From: Dudresnaya verticillata
Taxonomy: Eukaryota
Assembly: GCA_977862235.1 (NCBI GenBank)
Contig: OZ374562.1
Location: 2,604,001 to 2,668,000 of the forward strand
Length of the DNA stretch: 64,000 nucleotides
Reading direction: 5' to 3'
The position numbers were made by a program, and so were the translations under genes. Each line of letters begins with the position of its first letter. Position 1 is the first letter of the stretch. This document shows, piece by piece, positions 36,807 to 49,605 of the stretch. The notes below the pieces were generated by a model. The model had not been told where the DNA came from. It saw nothing but the letters and a program-made list of their open reading frames with translations, and did no database searches.

Positions 36807-37680
36807 AGTTATGGGCCCAGCTTCAACCACTAACACCCCATCTCGGCCTAAGTTCTCTTGGGACGCGGAATCCCCGCCATGGACTGATGGGAAAGGAGAC
36901 CAGCAAGAGTACCGAGATGCCGTCAAGCTCTGGCAGACGTTTCATAATCAGTTGCCTGATTCCAACGATAACAAGATCCCGTCAGCACTGCAAGCTATCT
37001 GTCTCAAGTCTCAGCTATACGGGAGAGCAAAAGATCGCTGCTCGGGAATAGAAAATGAACGCCTGATGGACGAAAAAACTGTCGATCTCATCGTTGGAAA
37101 CATATATAAGAAAGATCCACTCTCGGTAGTAAATGAAGCTTACCGTGGCTTTAACCAACTCCGGAACACATGTAGGGGAAGAAATGAGACTATGAAGAAC
37201 TTCGAATCAAGGTTTTCATCTCAAGTGGCCAAGTTCAATTCTATCGCAACAACTACAAAACTTCCCGAATGCATCACAGCTCTTATGCTGCTATCCAACT
37301 CAGCTATTGGAGATTCGCAGCGAGTCTTCTTGATGGCAGCAGCTGCATCTTCGGCTAATACGCTGACTTCGCAGTCGACGAACGATGAGTTTTTGAGCTA
37401 CGTCACGTACGAATCCATTGCCTCGGTAATCAAACAATGCGACAAGAACCCCTAACCTGCATCTGATAATGGTTCTCTAGTAGCCAGTTCGGCGGGTAGA
37501 AGAAATTTTCGTACTCGCAACCGTAACGGTAGGGCTCGTAGCAATGGGCAATCTCCTACAATGAGGTTCCCATGTAACCTCTGTGGAAATTATGGGCACT
37601 GGAAACGTAACCATAATTCTAACAGTTCTCTGCCTTCCCATGTGAAGTCTTACGATACTCCACAAATATCTGCATCCGCC
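36807..37680 (+). mobile_element. Truncated Ty1/copia (GalEa-like) LTR retrotransposon: PBS and gag with in-frame stop
   Basis: agttatgggcccagc resembles the copia PBS GGTTATGGGCCCAG and overlaps the gag ATG (36811). Gag-like PPWTDG...LYGRAKD...FESRF; TAA at 37453-37455; in-frame knuckle CNLCGNYGHWKRNH. No pol follows. A possible 5' LTR lies upstream (~36533-36806) but is not delimited. Confidence 0.8.
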
Positions 37681-37966
37681 AGAGTCACGACCTTAAGGTT
37701 GGCCTGTGTATCCAAAAGAATTGTTTGGATCAGTGAGTGCTAAAGCACGATTGAGGAAGAAAAAATGGAACCCTACCACTAATGCAGACCCGATACCGGC
37801 TGCCAACCGGAATTCTCCTGTGTATCCGTCTTCGAGTCAATAAGAAGCAGAAGGAGTCCCCTTTCTGTTTGCAAAACTAGATGGTCGCAGCCATGCTGCA
37901 CTGGAGAGCGACTTCCTAGAAATAGAAGTATTGGTGGTAAGCAGTAGTAGTCGCGACAGCTATATT

Positions 37967-38041
37967 GTAGTAGTAGTAGTAGTAGTAGCAGTACGGGCAT
38001 TTGATATACAGTATGTAGTGATGATGATGATGATGATGATG
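37967..38041. repeat. (GTA)n and (GAT)n microsatellites
   Basis: gtagtagtagtagtagtag and gatgatgatgatgatgatgatg read directly. Confidence 0.9.
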
Positions 38042-39808
38042 TATGTAGTACTAGCAGTAGCCCATAAATCCCTGTGGGGGGCTAAATGAAATCGTTTGTT
38101 AAAGAAGCGATGAAAAGCTTTCGACAGTTGACGATTGTAACAACTTGTGGTGATATTAAACTTTATAGGACAACTGGTGGTTCGTAGCGCTGCGTTTTGT
38201 TAAAATACTCAGAGGGGGCGGGAAGAACGCTTGTCAGGCGCTCTGTAACAAAAGGGGGTTGGCGATGACCTTGGGCGACCTCTGCATTCCGCGCGGTGGT
38301 CTGCTCCGAAGGGTGGCCTTTTTAGCACTACATTCTACCGGCCTACTTTACCTTCCAGCCAAGTGCTCGGGGCGCCAGCGAGCCCGCCAGCCATCTAAGA
38401 AATTCTCTTTTCCAACTGAATGCTCAGGCAGACAACCTAGATTTGAATGTCATCACGCGAGGGCCGTCACTTTGCCAGGCTGCATAGGCAGTCTGGCAAG
38501 GGTATTGCATAGAGCAGCTGCTACCTACGCGCAGTTTGCGAGCACCAGTGCTCCAGCGTCACACGACGACAGAAGGCACTGCAACAAACAAGACAATAGG
38601 CATATAAGAATGGATAATTTCTCATCTATGGGATGAGAGTAGCCTTCTTTCTTTATGGGAGAGTAGAACCTTTAATGAAGAGTACAGACCACTTCTAGAC
38701 GCCGTTTTTGTCAAGTAGGCAATTTTAGTGAGCTCACTTGGATGGGAATTCTTTTCGGGATGGTTGCTTTGGGGAATAGTTGCGCAATGTTTAGACCACA
38801 ACACAAAAATACCCATTCCCCTTGTTCTACAGCTGATTCGGCAGATCCCCTCTCGAATACCTTGTGATCCATGCCAGGAACTACAGCGCTACTTGTAAGG
38901 GCCTTCTTTAAGTGTTGATATGTAGTTGAGAATTTAGCGTTTTTGTACTCGGCATGTCCTAATAGTATTAGTTTCCGTCTTAATCACAATAAGCCTGCAA
39001 ACCGCAATTGCACTGGGCTTTCCAGGACAATCATAATCTACTTTCACAGTATGAGACTGAGAGGAACAAGGTCCCGCTGAATTACGTGGAGTAGACCAGA
39101 GGTTCTTCACTGGAATTAGGATAGCGTGAGCGGCAGCTTCTGCGAAAACCGCATCGACTCGGTCGTGCACGCGAACTCGATCAAGGGTGTCAACAAAGTG
39201 GTACATAGCTGTGGAGATGTTTGGTGGTGCGGACGCGGAGCCAAGTAGATACCGTTTACGACGCTGAGCATGAACAAGAAGGTACCGTAGTACACAATTA
39301 TAGTATGTGGCGGGGAAAAGGAAGAATGGAAAAAAGGTTGGTTGAGCTGCTGCATCTTCTGCATAGGAATCTTGCCGGGTTGTAATAAGGAAGGGGCAGG
39401 ACACTGAGTCGCAATTGTTGGAGCAACGGAACATCAGAATCAGCATGGCAATAAGCGGCTTTTCTGCCAACCTGATGGGTCGGGTGTGCTGTGTAGTCAT
39501 TCGGGGAGGGATTAGACATTATTATCTGTCTTCTTCGCGCAGGGGCTGCGCATCTTCTTCGACACGAGGCTCACCGCAGGCGAAGATCAGAGTGGCAATG
39601 GACACAACTCAACGATGCGCAGCGAGCACGAACGAAGACAACAGCCCCAGATACTGGTGCAACTGAATCAAGTTTCTGCTGTGACTCACAGCCTATGAGC
39701 CGCGTATACCGACAAGCGGCGGCGGCTCCTAGAGGCATGTCACTGCAAGGTGGCAAAAAAGGCAGGCCAAGATTGACAGCGGCGCGTTACAGCGCGGCGG
39801 ATATACAC

Positions 39809-39972
39809 GATGATGGAGACCTTTATGCATAGGAAAGACTGCAGCCCCGTAAGGGCCTAGTGCCCAAAACTCATGTGAGAGGCGACGGTCGAAGAGTAAA
39901 CGGCGGTTAACAGCCACCGCGACAGATTGCAGTGCAAGAGAGGTGAGGAGGGTTAGAAGAGAGAGTTGCTCA
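39809..39972 (-). mobile_element. 3'-end fragment of a CRE-like non-LTR retrotransposon
   Basis: Highly similar to 48593-48752; encodes ...AVAVNRRLLFDRRLS; ends ggtctccatcatc. Confidence 0.75.
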
Positions 39973-41154
39973 TTGAGCAGTTCGGATAATCACGCTCGGA
40001 TTACACACTGAGGGATGGCGTTGCGCGAAACACGTACCTTCACAAGAGCCGCAGACCTTGTAGAGCTGCGCGCGCGGACATACGCGGACAGAGGAGTTGA
40101 AGTCTCTCCGTTGCCACTGTCAGGGCATCCGCATCCGAGTTGTTTGCGGACAAGAATGTGTCACTACCCACTGGGCGCTTGAGGTTCATGAAAACGTAAC
40201 CCGCGTTTACAGAGTAGCGGCGGATCAAAACAAAAGTCGTCCTGTTGTTGTCTTCTTCGTGTCACCAGAGGTTGACTCCACGCGACACATGGCGCAGCCC
40301 ATAAGCGCTACTCTTCCTCGGACATCCATCCACGTGACGCCCCGCGGGACGGTCAATTGTCGTCAAGACTTGGTCTGCCGCCGTTGTCCCTCCTCTATCG
40401 CGCTGTTATCAACGAGCGTCGCCAGTTTTAGCTAATGAATACTAGCACATAGAAGTGTGAGATCACCACCAGATTACGCAAGCTCGGCGCCGCGGCACGC
40501 ACGCCTTCAGTCCGCGCGGCTCCACGTAAAGTTTACAAGATCTCGGGACAGACGCAATCACACCCAGGAGGAACCTGAAGACACGGTAAAGCCTTTACTG
40601 CGACCCACGCCACAAACAAGCCTGCGTCGCTGTCACAGTCGCCTTTACAATTAACGCTCTTTGCAGCCGGCGCCTGCGCGCGCCGTACGTGTAAAAGTTG
40701 TATGCCTAACCTGACACCAGCAACCAGTCACTTTTGCCTCCGTCGGTCGTCGCCACCCAACATGTTGCAATTGTACGGCAATCTCGCGGGTCGGGACCTT
40801 CTCCATCTCGTCCTTCTGCTTTTCTCCGTGACCCACGGAATCCAGTCACACACTACACCCACTGCACACACCAGACCACCCACACCCGTTTTCGTGCTGC
40901 CTCCGCGCTGTCCATGGTCCAGCAGCACCTGATGCCCAGTCGCGCCTTGCGTATCGCAAGGATGGCGTCGATGGGTGCTAGCACCACCACGAGATGTTTC
41001 TCGAACCCTGCGGGGTAGCACACAGACCCTCATATAACGCGCACCTCCTCACCCCGTATCCCGCCCACCCGTAACTCGACCCTGTCTGTCCCGGAATCAC
41101 CAGCACCCGCCCCACACATCCCTCGGGCCCGGCAGCCTCGAACCCCGCAAGAAA

Positions 41155-42729
41155 ATGGTGACATCACTGTCCGCAGCATCTTCGCTGCTCTCGCTCCTGC
41201 TGCTCTCTCTACTTTTGCTATCCGCATCCGCACAGAAGACCGCTGTAGCCCAGATCGTCTTCACGGAGGGCAAGACCCCCAAGGGCTGGCGCCGCTTCAA
41301 GAAGAAGCGTATCTCTGATGGGGTTAAGTTCATCACCTCTAAGATCAAGACCCTCGAGCCCGAGTTTGCCAGCGTGGCATTCAAGAAGGGCGGCTTCTCG
41401 TACGAGCAGCGTGTCCCTGCTGGCCGCTACAGTGTCGTCCTTGGCTTTGCGGAGCTCAAGAATAAGTTTTGCCAAAAGGGCAAGCGCATCTTTATTGTTG
41501 AGATCAATGGCAAGGCTAGCAAGAAGACCGATGTCTTTAAAAAGGCAGGCTGTGCTGCCTCCTTCACCCGTACCATCAAGGGCGTGGTTGTAGGAGAGGA
41601 CCGTAAGCTCATCATCACGCTCAAAAAGGTCAAGGGGCCGCCTATTCTGGCCAACTTTGCTGTCTTCCCGAAGGGCCGCGTCGACCCCCCCACCCCCAGC
41701 CCCAGCGCCACCTCCAACCCAATGATCTCCATGGAGCCCATGGAGACCACTTCTTCTTCACCAACTCCCTCCTCGTCGCCTTCTGTTGTCAAGCCGCCCA
41801 AGGGAGAAAAAGTCGTGTGGGATATTGACTCGGGCGGTCTAACCGACAACGCGCCGGCCGTTTTCGGGCCGAAGACCGTCTTCCCCAACATCCTGCCCAT
41901 TGATGGAACAGACATGGACGCCCGCTTCTCTAAGCATCGCTTCGCTCTGGACTTTGGGTATGAGCTTGACGTCCAGCCCAACGTTGTCTACACCGTCAAA
42001 CTCTTCTTCGCAGAGGTCTTTTTGACCAACTGCCAGGCCGGTAAGCGTCTCTTCGACATCTTCGTTTTCGACGGCGGTCTCGACATGAATGCCGGCAAGA
42101 AGGCATCGAACGTCGACGTGTTCGTGGAGGCGGGTTGCCGCACTCCATACACGCGCGTGTTCAAGAAGATCGCGATCGGGGATTCGGGCAAGCTTAAGAT
42201 CCAGCTTGTATCGTCAGTCGAAAACGCGATGATCAGTGCGCTGCAGGTGACCACCAAGGACGCTGCGTTCGTTCCGACACCGACTCCGGAACCGCCAGTG
42301 GGGACGGATATGAGCGCGATGCGGGACGCGGGCAACGACGCGTTCATCCCCGGAACGGGCAAGTCCACGACGACTGAAGCAGTCATGGCGTCTGGCGGTG
42401 CGACCGAGGCACAGCTGCAGACTGCTCGGTTCGGCTCGGACTGGCAGTATGAGTTCAGCCTGGCGGTAGGGGACTACGAGGTGACGCTATCGTTCTCAGA
42501 GAACTTTGCAAACTTCTGCACAGAACCCAACAAGCGGGTATTCGATGTTGCGATTAACGGGGTGGTGGTGATCGACGATCTGGATATCTTTGCCGAAGTT
42601 GGATGCTACAAGGGGCTTGACTTTACTTTCCCGGCAACGGTGGCTGCGGATACTGAGCCGTTGACGATTCGGTTCACCAGCTCCAAGAACTTTGCACAGG
42701 TGAATTATGTGAGCGTTGCAAATGTGTAG
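41155..42729 (+). CDS. Secreted protein with three malectin-like domains (524 aa)
   Basis: Signal peptide; three repeats of Y.V.L.F(A/S)E...C..G/NKR.F.(I/V)...D(V/I)F...GC separated by Pro/Ser/Thr linkers; strong GC3 bias. Confidence 0.9.
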   Translation: MVTSLSAASSLLSLLLLSLLLLSASAQKTAVAQIVFTEGKTPKGWRRFKKKRISDGVKFITSKIKTLEPEFASVAFKKGGFSYEQRVPAGRYSVVLGFAELKNKFCQKGKRIFIVEINGKASKKTDVFKKAGCAASFTRTIKGVVVGEDRKLIITLKKVKGPPILANFAVFPKGRVDPPTPSPSATSNPMISMEPMETTSSSPTPSSSPSVVKPPKGEKVVWDIDSGGLTDNAPAVFGPKTVFPNILPIDGTDMDARFSKHRFALDFGYELDVQPNVVYTVKLFFAEVFLTNCQAGKRLFDIFVFDGGLDMNAGKKASNVDVFVEAGCRTPYTRVFKKIAIGDSGKLKIQLVSSVENAMISALQVTTKDAAFVPTPTPEPPVGTDMSAMRDAGNDAFIPGTGKSTTTEAVMASGGATEAQLQTARFGSDWQYEFSLAVGDYEVTLSFSENFANFCTEPNKRVFDVAINGVVVIDDLDIFAEVGCYKGLDFTFPATVAADTEPLTIRFTSSKNFAQVNYVSVANV

Positions 42730-45669
42730 GAGGAGCCTCGTTTGTGTTGACTCTTTACAATCGCACTATCAGTAAATACAACAGTACTATTAAGCTTTTG
42801 TGTATGTGAGAAGAGCTAGAACGGTGTGCAGAGGCCCCGAGGTGGTGAAGCGATGGTCCAGGTCGCGGGCAAATGATGGGTTCCAAGCGAGACATCGGAC
42901 TCCCGAACATGTACGACGGGTGGTTTGGCTGTGGGCACGGCAGTTGCCGACGCAGTGATGATGCCACCTTCCGCACAGGACCTTTGTCGTCTTCACTCCG
43001 ACAGACATGCAGGGGTGACAGACTCAGCGTTGTCAGCAGCGACCGTGTGAATCTGAATCAATGCAACTTTGCAGGCCACGTGGAGCGAGAGGGTGGGCGC
43101 TGCTTTGGGTATCAGCGCGAGTGGATAGCAAACTGTAAATTCGCGGCGATTTTGCGGTGGAAGTGCCGTCGATGGTGCGGTCAGTATCGCATGTCTCCGC
43201 GTCACAGTCCCCGCCCTGTCTGCAACAACCAGAGTCATGTCACTGAGCTGGGACCGTCCGCTCACCGCCTTTGTCCTTGGACAAAAGTTGCCCTAAGGTT
43301 CGAGGTTTACAGGCAGGACTGTAGGCGCAGTGGGCTGCGGGCTTCCAATGGCTTCCAAAGAGTAGTTGTGAGTTACAGTTTGCGGGTACGTGCGGTATGT
43401 GTCTGTGTGATTGATGATGTTGCAGATGTCCTTGCCCTCGTACGGTACACCTCGACGTGGCGAATGAAAGCTCTGCCCTTCCAGATCCTGACGTGATGTC
43501 ACGTCAATGGGAGTAGTGAATGCAGGTGTAATAAAAGGCCACTCAGCCAGCTCTGCAGCATCACGGTCGTTATCCCCAGAACCGGCGTTATTTTGTTTTC
43601 GGGAGATTGGAGTAACTTGTTTACGTGAGTGGTCTTAAACGCTCTGTTGCGGAGGAATTAAGTGATAGAGATAGTAAAGCAGTGAGGAGTTACGTTCTTC
43701 AATGCGATCACTGCCGAGAAGATGTGTAGCAGTCCAGTGGAATACTGTTACTGTGACTGAAGATTCTTGGTCACGAACACAGCTCTCGTTGTACACACTC
43801 GTAACATTTTAGCAGTGCGCACGAGTCACGAAGCAGTCCCGCGGGATTGAGAGCTGTCTGACGATGACAGCAAGCCGCACGGAGGCGACTCTAAATCTTG
43901 TTGTTTGTGGCAGAGGACGAGGCGAGACCAACGATGGAATTGTCCTTGCGGTGCGTGCGAGAAACCTAACTCTTCGCGCTTTATGGAATTTCGACGAGCA
44001 TCGATTGGGGCAAACGACGTTCGGCTGAGCCGACGATTTTTTTTTTCATTGGCACTTTGGACTTTGCGGACTTGTGGAGGGTCTGAAACGGCCATGATTC
44101 GTTCGGAAAGGTTTGGTGTTACTTTCTTTCTCGCCGATGACATGGCGAAGATCGTCTCAAGGCTTTGGGAAAGGGCGAGTATTTGAGAGTGCGCAGTGCG
44201 AAGCTTCTGTAGCAAGTCTTCGGGTGGTGGTTATATACTGTATGTGGTACATGTCCGACGAGAGATGCCTGAACTGCCGACAGCCTGGCACCCGGACTAC
44301 GGTTTTTCCGACCCGTTACCCTTCCGGTCTGCTGGTAAACTTGCGAACGGGCTGAGGGAGAGGAGGGGGTTAATGAGAACGAGAAGGGCTCGACGTGAGG
44401 CCGCCTGCTGAAGAAGTGATGTGATTATTTGTCGAACGTTTCTGCGACTTTTCACATTGGCTATTGGTGATCTCAATAAACGTCTCAAGACTTGACACTG
44501 TTTGTTTGTACTAATTCCAGACGGTGCAGCTGCTAACATACGTACGTACAGGATATGAGACCGGATTCGGAGGTAACGTAGGGTAGTAGAAAGGCATGCA
44601 CAAATGCGGCGTACATTTTGTTGTGGGTTGTGCAGAAGAGTATGGCACAAGGCGAACTAAAAAGATAAGATTACGGACAAGATTACGGTTGCTGCGAAGA
44701 AGACGGCAGCGCCTGTACAAGTCGCTTGCACGAGCGTGTTCACAGCGGTAGCAGAAGGCTTTGTTTTATTCTGCGGCTGATATGCAATGCCAGGACGGTG
44801 CTTGGATGGTGTGGTACGGTTTTCTGTGTTTAGCACCGTTCAAAACAGCAGGGCGGGGGAAGAGGAGTAACCAAGACAAAAGTGCTTGCTCGGGGCGTGC
44901 TGCTGAACTTGCAAGGACCACGCCCATCACTAGAGCAGAAGCTGTGCTGCAGAACGGTTCCGACGACGAGATGGGACAACGCGAAAGCAAGCCGCCCACG
45001 AGACCCGCTAAGGAATTATCACTGCGAAACGGTGGTGCCCCCTGACGTTGTCGGCTCGTTGGCGGTGTTTGCAAGGCGTCAAGCGCTGTTGGGGGCCGAG
45101 GCGGCGGTATCTTACGAGTGGCCGCGCTGCGAGGCCCACACCCGCGCGTGTGGGATAGACGGCGGGAGAGAGCGCGCGCGTTTGTGTGTGCGTGTGCTTG
45201 TAGGCCGACGTTGCGCCGCGCCTATCACGCAAGAGAAGCGCGGTCTCTCGCGCAGCGTCTACAAAGTTGGCAAAGTCGGCGCGACGCGACGCGGCGCTCG
45301 ACGGCTGCGCTCGGCGAAGACGGCGGGGGCGGAGGAGGCGTTGCGCGTGTACAAAAATAGCGCGCGCCATGGTCCATGCCTCCCACAACGCACAGCGCCG
45401 CGTGGAAAGTGTGCCTCGCGAATCCGCGCTCGCCGCGTCACGCGCCGCCATTCTAACCGGCGCCTGAAACAGCGCCAGCCGCGCCGCCACGCCGCGCGCG
45501 CGTTCTGATTCACCCGAAGGTAACAACCCGACGAGCAGTCAAGAGTCACCACCGCCGCACGCTTCCTTCCCCGCCGCCCGCCGAACGCCGTCCGCCGCCG
45601 CCTCCCCCGCAAACGCAACGCCCGCGCCCTCCCGCCCTTCCTCTCCCGCCACGCCGCCGCCTTCGCACC

Positions 45670-45942
45670 ATGCCGTCCCCCACCGGCCCGCGCCCGCTGC
45701 TCTGCCTCGCCGTGCTCGCCGCGCTGGCGCTGTCGCTCGCCGCCGCGACGCCGCGGGCCGCGCGCTCCGCCGCGCACCCGGCCGCGCCGTCCGCGCTCGA
45801 CCTCTGCCGCGCGCAGGCCAGCTTCTGCTGCGTCAATGCCAACGATGCGGGCCGCACCCTGTGCCTGCAGTTCTACTGCCCCACCCTGCCCTTGCACCAG
45901 CTCGCGCTCGTCTGTGTCGACCCCGCCGCCGCGGAGCCGTAA
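45670..45942 (+). CDS. Small secreted cysteine-rich peptide (90 aa)
   Basis: caccATG context; hydrophobic LLCLAVLAALALSLAAA; mature part C-x6-CC-x10-C-x4-C-x11-C; nearly all codons end in G/C; AATAAA at ~46060. Confidence 0.65.
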   Translation: MPSPTGPRPLLCLAVLAALALSLAAATPRAARSAAHPAAPSALDLCRAQASFCCVNANDAGRTLCLQFYCPTLPLHQLALVCVDPAAAEP

Positions 45943-46855
45943 CCCGCCCGCCTCGTGCTTTGCCTGCGCGCTGGCTCTGTGGCCGCTGTCGCTGCTGTTG
46001 CCGCTACCGTTGATGCCGCTCACGCCGTTGCGGTGACGTGCGCGCTCGCCCTCTCGTCGAATAAATGTTGTGAACCTTTCTCTCTCTAGCTCTTTCTGTT
46101 GCCATTTCGTTCACCTCTTCGCCTTCGCCTCTTCGCCTTCCCTTGTTCGCGCCTCCGTTCGCGCCCGCCACCCCTGCCTACCGCTGCCGGTTCACACCAC
46201 GAAACCAGATCTTGACTCTTACAACGCGTGCAGCAGCAAGCAATTCCACCCGCACACGGACTGCGACTGCGTTGCGCCCCAGCCGCGCTACTCGCTCTCA
46301 ACACGGCGTGTGCCGTGCATGCAGACATGGTCACCGTCGCGGACGCTCGCCGCATGATGGTGAGGTCTCCGCGCCGCAGGACAAGGCCGGTGGTGGTTGC
46401 GGGTTGGCGGCGTGTGGCGCTTCCATCTTCTCAGAAGGGCCTTTCTGCAGCGTAGAAATAACCTTCCCGAAACCAAACGCTGTCCACACTGTTGGCAGCT
46501 CGCCGACGCCGTCGCCTTCGTCCCGTGGCGCCGTCCTCACTCGCACTTGCTCGCACCAAAGGCACAATCCGCCGCGGGCTGTGATTCGTGGTGCAGCGAG
46601 CTGGCGCGCGGCAGTTCCCGGAGCGGAGGGGAAGCGGAGTGGAGCCGGAGACGTGCGGAGCGGCGGCCGTCAATGGTCGGGCACAGTTTTCGCCTGCAAC
46701 CCACTTCCCGCGCACATCCCATTTTGATCTGCAGCCGGCTTGGCATGGCAAGGCGGGGCCCCGCTTCCGGTCCGCAATAACAAGTCGCGCGACCGCTGTG
46801 CCGCCGCACCGTCCGAGTGAGAGAGAGCGGGTGGTCGTCGAGGAACGCTTCTTGT

Positions 46856-46896
<41 letters not shown>

Positions 46897-48592
46897 GTCT
46901 TGAAGCGTTCCAGTAAAACTCTAGAAACTCTCTCCGGAGCTGTGCGAGAAAATAGCGCACTGCGTGTAGTCATGGCGCGCAGCAAGCGATGACACGCAGC
47001 TAAGCTTTCGACGGCTGTTGTGATCGCTTACACATTACACACGAAGATTGCTGCAAAACAAGCCTTTGCAAGCATGGTGCGTCGAGACGGAATGGTGGAC
47101 AGTTCCTGCTCCGGCCGACGGACTGCCTATGAGCGTTCATCGAGAGGCTTACTGTGCTATTGAGTGATGGTGCTACCAACCGCAGCAGCGCTGCAGGAAG
47201 CAACAGCGTCCCCTTCCACGCTGGGATGGGATTGGCGCGGCGAGGTCCATTTTGATACAACGAGGCTGCGCTCATGAGAAGCACTTGAAGCACAGACCCT
47301 TTTGGGTGAGATCATCATCGTGCACTACATCTGATAGTACACGATCAAACGGAGCTCCACTTATCGCCACTTTGCAACTTCACGGCGGCTAGATCAAACG
47401 CCGAGAGCAGACACTGCTCTGTTCTATTGCGCCGTCGGCTGCGGACAATAATCCATAATGAAGCGTTCACAGTGTACGATATCCAATGCCAATGTATCTG
47501 CCACGATCACCCCTATCTCTTCTCTGCTTCTTCCTACCTTCCTTCCAACTTGCCACAAAAAAAATCTTTGCGTTCACATGCACTTTTGTTATCCCCGAGG
47601 GGATAACTCACGTCCATCTGTACGCGCTCCGAAACACTCCACGGCATCTCGTTCCCGGTCCCAAGTTGCGTGGTCTCATTCCCGAAAACAAAAAGCCCAC
47701 AGCGGCTACCCACGCTCTACCGCTCGCACCCCGCCTTAAAACAAGTTTTCCCGAAACTCTTGCTCTGTTTTCTGCTGCTGTAATGAAATTCTGCGAAAAA
47801 AGAGTTACGCAACAAGCGCTGCCTCTGGTCCTTCTTCCGCCGGCGTACTTCTTGTAGGATTTTCGCAGAGAAAAACTTGCGAACCTGGCCTGCGACAACG
47901 CTGTGTTGAAGGTAATAATAATAAGTCGATGGTTGGTGCCGCTGAGCACACAGGCCGCACAAGGCAGCGCTCCCGAAAGTTGTTGAGGTTTAAAGCTGCG
48001 CCACTGAGACAGAAGTCAAGGTAGCGGCGGTTGCGCAATTCTCGCCGGAGAAAAAGGGGTTTGATTTGGACCTTAGGCGGAGAAATGAGACCTTTCATTT
48101 CTCTACGTCACTTCTTTTGACCAACGCGCCCGGCCTCGCGCGTTAGACCTGCAGCAGCAATTTTCTCCTCCTCCGTCGCGCACGCTCCGGACAGGCCGGA
48201 GGAAATTGTCAATTCACAAGGTCCACGCGCCACCTCTATCTCAACGCTTTTCTCTCTCGCACAATTGCACACCACCACACCGCCCCAAAATAACGGTTTC
48301 GGCCGGGGATTTCAGTAAATCCTGGAAGAGGAAGGGAGGTATGTATGTGTGGGTTGCGTGTTCGATCGCAAAGTAAACTTTACTGCGCGTTGGAGCAATG
48401 ATCTCCTTATTGTTTTTAAAGTTTACTTCGCGTTGGAACAACGATCTCCTTATTTCTAACCCGCATCGCTTGCCAGGAGACAGGCAGCGTTTGTAGAGAT
48501 AACGAGAGAGCGAGAGAGAGAGAGAGAGCGCGCGCGAGGTTACCACTATTTTAATTCGGGTCGTGGGAGGGACGAGCAGATGAAAACAAAGA

Positions 48593-48870
48593 GATGGAGA
48601 CCTTTATGCATAGGAAAGACTACAGCCCCGTAAGGGGGCTTATCTAAAACTCATCTGAAAGGCGACGGTCGAAGAGTAAACGGCGGTTAACAGCCACCGC
48701 GACAGATTGAAGTACAAGAGAGGTGAGGTGGGTGAGAAGAGATAGTTTCTCAGATATCGGCGAAGTGCCCTTCATAGCAGCTAAGAAATTCGCCACGCGC
48801 TGAGCGCCTCGATCGAACCCAGAACCAATGGCACCATAGATGTCCATCACCATAGGATGGAGTTCTATCC
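48593..48870 (-). mobile_element. 3'-end fragment of a CRE-like (RLE-type) non-LTR retrotransposon
   Basis: Translates IELHPMVMDIYGAIG...AQRVANFLA...LTSLVLQSVAVAVNRR, resembling the C-terminus of restriction-like endonuclease domains. All three copies in the window share the same 3' end. Confidence 0.7.
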
Positions 48871-49605
48871 GGTTGGTAGAACATAAGCGACGATAATGAC
48901 GGGCTTTAGCTTGCTCGCGGCGGTGAATAGCTTGATGTTGGATGAAAACAATGAAGCTTTCCCTGCTCGCTCAGCAATGGTCCTCCTCTCCCTCCCTCCA
49001 CCCACCGCGCTGGGCTGTCGCCAGCTCCTGCTCCTCCAACACCCCGCCCACGTCAACATACACCTCAGCAACGCACGCGGCGCCCCCAAAGCGTGCCCGC
49101 AATGCCCAATTGGCCAGCCGCAAAACGGGCAGCGCGGCCGCCGTATCGACGCGCGCCCAGCGCGCCACACCTTTCTTTGGACACCTTTCTGCGCAGTGAT
49201 CCGCTGTATTGTTTACACCCACGGCCGCCCCCCGCCCCCCACCGCTCCACCACCCCCGCAAATGCGCACTCGCAATAGAGTTGTTGCGCGCCCCGCATCT
49301 TGCCCATTCCCACAGAAAGCGCGCGCCCCCTTTCTCCGGCAATGATACCGTCCCCCCCGCCGCCGCCCGCCGTGCTGGCGTATGCTGACTCCACAATCCA
49401 TCCTCGTCCCGGCGCCTAGACGCGATGGGAACAACCATGCACCGCTGCCACAAGCGCTGCACACGCTTGCGTCCGCGCCTCCCACCGTCGCTATAAACCC
49501 CCCCACTCCCCGCGTCGCACCGATGCATCGGGAACACCCACAACCTCCCCACCCACAACGCACTCAGCTCTACTTGCTATCCGACTCACCAGCCAAACAA
49601 ACAAA

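Noticed and set aside
43826..44215. Pogo/CENP-B-like HTH start (RKKVTPNLSERI)
   Set aside because: Resemblance limited to a few residues; no DDE domain or TIRs downstream.
44882..46992. Multiple 130-250-aa ORFs on both strands
   Set aside because: GC-rich low-complexity artefacts; only the 90-aa ORF shows coherent protein features.
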